Shown piece by piece: positions 60,291 to 64,000 of a DNA stretch of 64,000 nucleotides. Below the pieces are notes generated by a model that saw only the letters and a program-made list of their open reading frames with translations, did not search any database and was not told the DNA's origin. This DNA is from Acidobacteriota bacterium (GTDB taxonomy: Bacteria > Acidobacteriota > Vicinamibacteria > Vicinamibacterales > SCN-69-37). How positions within the stretch are numbered: position 1 is the first letter of the stretch; every line of letters starts with the position of its first letter. The position numbers and the translations under genes were made by a program. Location: the NCBI GenBank assembly GCA_013203475.1, contig JABMNV010000189.1, positions 19,217 to 83,216 on the forward strand. The letters run 5' to 3'.

Positions 60291-61227
60291 TGTGAAAGAA
60301 GCATCTGCCCTCATGCGCCTGCTTGGCGACGAAGCCCGTCTGCGACTCTTGCGACTGCTGGCTCGTGAGGCCCTGAACGTCACTGAACTCACGGCGGTGA
60401 TGGGGTTGGCCCAGTCCGGGGTCTCACGGCACCTGGGCCTCCTCAAAGAGGCCAAGCTCGTCACCGAGGAGCGATCCGGCAACTTCACCTGGTACCGACT
60501 GAATTCCGACGTGCAGGCTGACGCTGGCGCCTACACCACCGTCTGGCCCTGGCTCAGCGCCACGTTTGACGCCGCCACCGCAGCGACGCGTGCAGACGAT
60601 GCCAGGCTGGAGGAAGTGCGACGACTGCGGCGAGAGAACTTCGACCAGCACGGGGGAGGCGACGAACGCAGCCAACTCGTGCCGGGCCGGAGTTGGGTGG
60701 CCTGGTCCCGCGCGCTGGGCTTGCTCCTGCCGGCCGTCGACGTGGCCGACCTGGGATGCGGAAGTGGGTACCTGACGATCGAAGCGGCGCACTGGGCCCG
60801 TCGGGTCTACGCTGTCGATCGGTCTGCGGATGTCCTGGCCCGCGCCAAACAGATGGCTCTGCGCCGCAAGGTGAAGAACATCACCTGGAAGCGCGGCGAA
60901 CTGGAAAAAGTGCCACTGGCAGACGAGTCGATCGACATCGCCATCGCGTCGCAGGCACTGCACCACGCACAAGAGCCCGAGACGGCCTTGTCCGAAGCCC
61001 TGCGAATTTTGCGGCCTGGTGGCCGACTGCTGGTGCTTGACCTCAGACAACACGACGAAGCCTGGGTGCAAGACACGCTTGGCGACCAATGGCTCGGCTT
61101 CAGCGCAAGCCAACTCGAAGCGCTCATCACGGCCGCGGGTTTTGAGAAGGTGACCGTACGCAGCGGCACCAAGAAGGCCGGCGACCCATTCGTCGTCTTA
61201 ATCGCGGCAGGAACACGACCATCATGA
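60286..61227 (+). CDS. ArsR-HTH plus SAM-methyltransferase regulator (SahR/SamR-like)
   Basis: [10 protein letters not shown]…[24 protein letters not shown]; coupled to metH. Confidence 0.88.
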   Translation: MDVKEASALMRLLGDEARLRLLRLLAREALNVTELTAVMGLAQSGVSRHLGLLKEAKLVTEERSGNFTWYRLNSDVQADAGAYTTVWPWLSATFDAATAATRADDARLEEVRRLRRENFDQHGGGDERSQLVPGRSWVAWSRALGLLLPAVDVADLGCGSGYLTIEAAHWARRVYAVDRSADVLARAKQMALRRKVKNITWKRGELEKVPLADESIDIAIASQALHHAQEPETALSEALRILRPGGRLLVLDLRQHDEAWVQDTLGDQWLGFSASQLEALITAAGFEKVTVRSGTKKAGDPFVVLIAAGTRPS

Positions 61228-64000
61228 CCACACTCGATCAATTGTTACGGGAACGTATCCTCGTGCTCGACGGCGCGATGGGCACGATGATTCAGCGTCG
61301 CAAGCTGACTGAAGCAGATTTTCGTGGCACTCGTTTTGCCTCCCACCCGCAGGACCTCAGGGGTAATAACGACGTCCTCACGCTGACACGGCCCGACGTG
61401 ATCGGCGCTATCCATCGCGAATACCTCGAGGCCGGTGCCGACATTATCGAGACCAACACGTTCAGTTCGAACGTCGTGTCGCAGCGCGACTACGGCCTCG
61501 AGTCTGCGGTCTACGACCTGAATCTGGAAGGCGCGCGTTTGGCCCGTGAGGCGGCCGACGAACTGACGGCGACGAACCCGTCAAAGCCACGCTTGGTGGC
61601 CGGCTCCATCGGGCCCACCACCTGCACATTGTCAATCTCGCCAGACGTCAACAGTCCCGCCTACCGCGCGCTGACGTTTGATCAACTCAAGGCCGGCTAC
61701 CTGGACCAGATTCGCGGCCTGATCGACGGCGGTGTCGACTTCCTTCTGGTTGAGACGGTCATCGACACGCTGAGCGTGAAGGCCGCGATCGTGGCCATCG
61801 AGGAAATTCAGGAAGAAAAGGGCGTCCGCCTGCCGCTCATGATCTCGGTCACTGTGACGGACCGCAGTGGCCGGACATTGTCCGGGCAGACCATCGACGC
61901 GTTCTACGTGTCCATCGAACATGCCCGCCCCTGGTGTGTGGGCATCAACTGCGCGCTGGGCGCCGCCGACATGCGTCCCTATCTCGAGGAACTCTCGCGG
62001 CAGGCCGAGTGCTGGGTGCACGCGTATCCCAACGCCGGCCTCCCCAACGCCTTCGGTGAATACGACGAACAACCGGAAGAGACCGGTCGGCTGCTGCGCG
62101 ACTTCGCCCAGAGTGGTTTCGCCAATATTCTCGGCGGCTGTTGCGGCACCACGCCCGAACACATCAGGGCCATTGCGAAGGCGGTCGATGGGCTTGCGCC
62201 GCGGCCCCGTCCGGAGCCAGCGCCAGCCGGTCATCTGACCCGTCTGGCTGGCCTTGAGCCGTTGGTCATTCGTCCCGACAGCAACTTTCAGATGGTCGGA
62301 GAACGGACAAACGTCACCGGTTCGAAGAAGTTTGCCCGCCTGATCAAAGACGACAACTGGACCGAGGCCGCGGCTGTCGCCGTTGAACAGGTCCGCGGTG
62401 GCGCGAATCTGATCGACGTGAACATGGACGAGGGCATGCTCGACTCGGAGCAGGCGATGACCACGTTCCTGAACTACATCGCGACGGAACCGGAAATCGC
62501 CCGTGTGCCTATCATGATCGACAGTTCGAAGTGGTCGGTCATCCAGGCTGGACTTCGCTGCGTCCAGGGCAAGTCCGTCGTCAACTCCATCTCGTTGAAA
62601 GAAGGGGAGGCCGACTTTCTGGAGAAGGCCAAAATCGTCAAACGTTTCGGCGCGGCGGCGGTCGTCATGGCCTTTGACGAGACCGGACAGGCAGATACCA
62701 CTGCACGGAAGGTGGCGATCTGCCAGCGCGCCTACAAGATCCTGACCGAGCAGGCCGGCTTTGATCCGTCCGACATCATCTTCGACCCGAACATTCTGGC
62801 GATCGCGACGGGCCTGGAAGAACACAACCGTTACGCCATCAATTTCATCGAAGCCACGCGCATCATCAAAGAGACGTGTCCCGGCGTGAAGATCAGCGGC
62901 GGCGTGAGCAACCTGTCGTTCTCGTTTCGCGGCAACGACGTGGTCCGCGAGGCCATTCACTCGGCGTTTCTGTTCCACGCGATCAAGGCCGGCCTCGATA
63001 TGGGCATCGTCAATGCCGGCCAGTTGATTGTCTACGAGGACATTCCCGCCGACCTCCTTGCACACGTTGAAGACATCCTCTTCGACAGACGCCCCGACTC
63101 AACCGAGCGGATGGTGACCTTCGCCGAGAGCGTGAGGGGTTCGGGCACCAAGCGGGAAACCGATCTGAAGTGGCGCGAGCAGCCGGTCGACAAACGCCTG
63201 GCCTACGCGCTGGTTCACGGTGTGGTCGACTTCATCGAGGTCGATACCGAAGAAGCCAGACAAACCTTCGCGCGTCCGCTGGAGGTCATCGAGGGGCCGC
63301 TCATGGACGGCATGAAAATCGTCGGCGACCTGTTTGGGGCGGGCAAGATGTTCCTGCCCCAAGTGGTCAAGAGTGCCCGAGCGATGAAGCGCGCCGTGGC
63401 CTACCTTGAGCCCTATATGGAGGCCGAGAAGGCCGCACATGTGGCGGCGGGTCATACGCTCAAGGCCCAGGGACGGGTCCTGATGGCCACGGTCAAAGGC
63501 GACGTGCTCGACATCGGCAAGAACATCGTTGGCGTCGTTCTCGGTTGCAACAACTACGAAGTGGTGGACCTGGGCGTGATGGTGTCCACCGACAAGATTC
63601 TGTCGACTGCAGTTGAGAAGAAGGTTGACATCGTTGGTGTCAGCGGCCTGATCACCCCGTCACTGGACGAGATGGTGTTTGTGGCCAAGGAGATGGAACG
63701 ACGCGGCATGACCCTGCCTCTGCTCATTGGTGGAGCGACCACCAGCCGTCAACACACGGCTGTCAAGATTGCGCCTGAGTACTCGGGCCCGGTCGTGCAT
63801 GTGCTCGACGCCTCGCGCGCAGTGGGCGTGGTGTCGAGTCTACTCAGTGACAGCAAGCGCGACGAGTACATCGCCGCCGTTCGAGTGGACCAGGCGGAGC
63901 TCCGTGAGAAGTACGCCACGCGGTCTCAACGGGCGTTGCTGACGTATGAGGAGGCCAGCAACAATCCGCTGACGACCGACTGGGATGTGGCCGAAGTTCC
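61224..64000 (+). CDS. metH: Cobalamin-dependent methionine synthase (3' end outside window); B12-ligand His codon reads Leu
   Basis: Absent from the ORF track because it has no stop; [51 protein letters not shown] and [15 protein letters not shown]. Confidence 0.95.
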   Translation, partial: MTTLDQLLRERILVLDGAMGTMIQRRKLTEADFRGTRFASHPQDLRGNNDVLTLTRPDVIGAIHREYLEAGADIIETNTFSSNVVSQRDYGLESAVYDLNLEGARLAREAADELTATNPSKPRLVAGSIGPTTCTLSISPDVNSPAYRALTFDQLKAGYLDQIRGLIDGGVDFLLVETVIDTLSVKAAIVAIEEIQEEKGVRLPLMISVTVTDRSGRTLSGQTIDAFYVSIEHARPWCVGINCALGAADMRPYLEELSRQAECWVHAYPNAGLPNAFGEYDEQPEETGRLLRDFAQSGFANILGGCCGTTPEHIRAIAKAVDGLAPRPRPEPAPAGHLTRLAGLEPLVIRPDSNFQMVGERTNVTGSKKFARLIKDDNWTEAAAVAVEQVRGGANLIDVNMDEGMLDSEQAMTTFLNYIATEPEIARVPIMIDSSKWSVIQAGLRCVQGKSVVNSISLKEGEADFLEKAKIVKRFGAAAVVMAFDETGQADTTARKVAICQRAYKILTEQAGFDPSDIIFDPNILAIATGLEEHNRYAINFIEATRIIKETCPGVKISGGVSNLSFSFRGNDVVREAIHSAFLFHAIKAGLDMGIVNAGQLIVYEDIPADLLAHVEDILFDRRPDSTERMVTFAESVRGSGTKRETDLKWREQPVDKRLAYALVHGVVDFIEVDTEEARQTFARPLEVIEGPLMDGMKIVGDLFGAGKMFLPQVVKSARAMKRAVAYLEPYMEAEKAAHVAAGHTLKAQGRVLMATVKGDVLDIGKNIVGVVLGCNNYEVVDLGVMVSTDKILSTAVEKKVDIVGVSGLITPSLDEMVFVAKEMERRGMTLPLLIGGATTSRQHTAVKIAPEYSGPVVHVLDASRAVGVVSSLLSDSKRDEYIAAVRVDQAELREKYATRSQRALLTYEEASNNPLTTDWDVAEV

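Noticed and set aside
61632..63065. 477-aa minus-strand ORF
   Set aside because: Antisense shadow of metH, which has all the expected domain motifs on +
1..64000. Genome-wide TAG recoding
   Set aside because: Many intact genes end at TAG at the expected family length (e.g. 21077, 22808, 24271, 43622, 55084)
1..64000. CRISPR array, tRNA, rRNA or integron attC array
   Set aside because: No regularly spaced repeats or recognisable RNA gene seen by eye; no covariance search could be run

Overview
GC-rich bacterial chromosome window. The gene families present (carboxypeptidase-regulatory-like proteins, HYR-SGNH lipoproteins, 'RFEREAKAIA'-type kinase scraps) suggest Acidobacteriota/Vicinamibacteria, which is inference only. 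In order it contains: GT2 and GT-C glycosyltransferases; a decayed IS91 split by a ~90-bp hairpin element; an AAA/DUF4143 ATPase; three intact type II TA pairs among TA scraps; an IS630 splitting an RDD gene; peptidases; two sugar-acid catabolism-like operons; and a ~5.7-kb adhesin-like pseudogene with three in-frame TAG codons. A ~13-kb photo-oxidative stress island (36.3-49.0 kb) has two different B12-binding CarH-type regulators, a visible bidirectional CarH-type operator, furan/modified fatty acid genes, a class II photolyase and a DUF523-DUF1722 desulfidase. The window ends with a SahR-like regulator and metH, in which the cobalamin-ligating His codon reads Leu. Intergenic spaces contain many short gene scraps, some collapsed by collinear deletions. 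No rRNA, tRNA or CRISPR array was seen.
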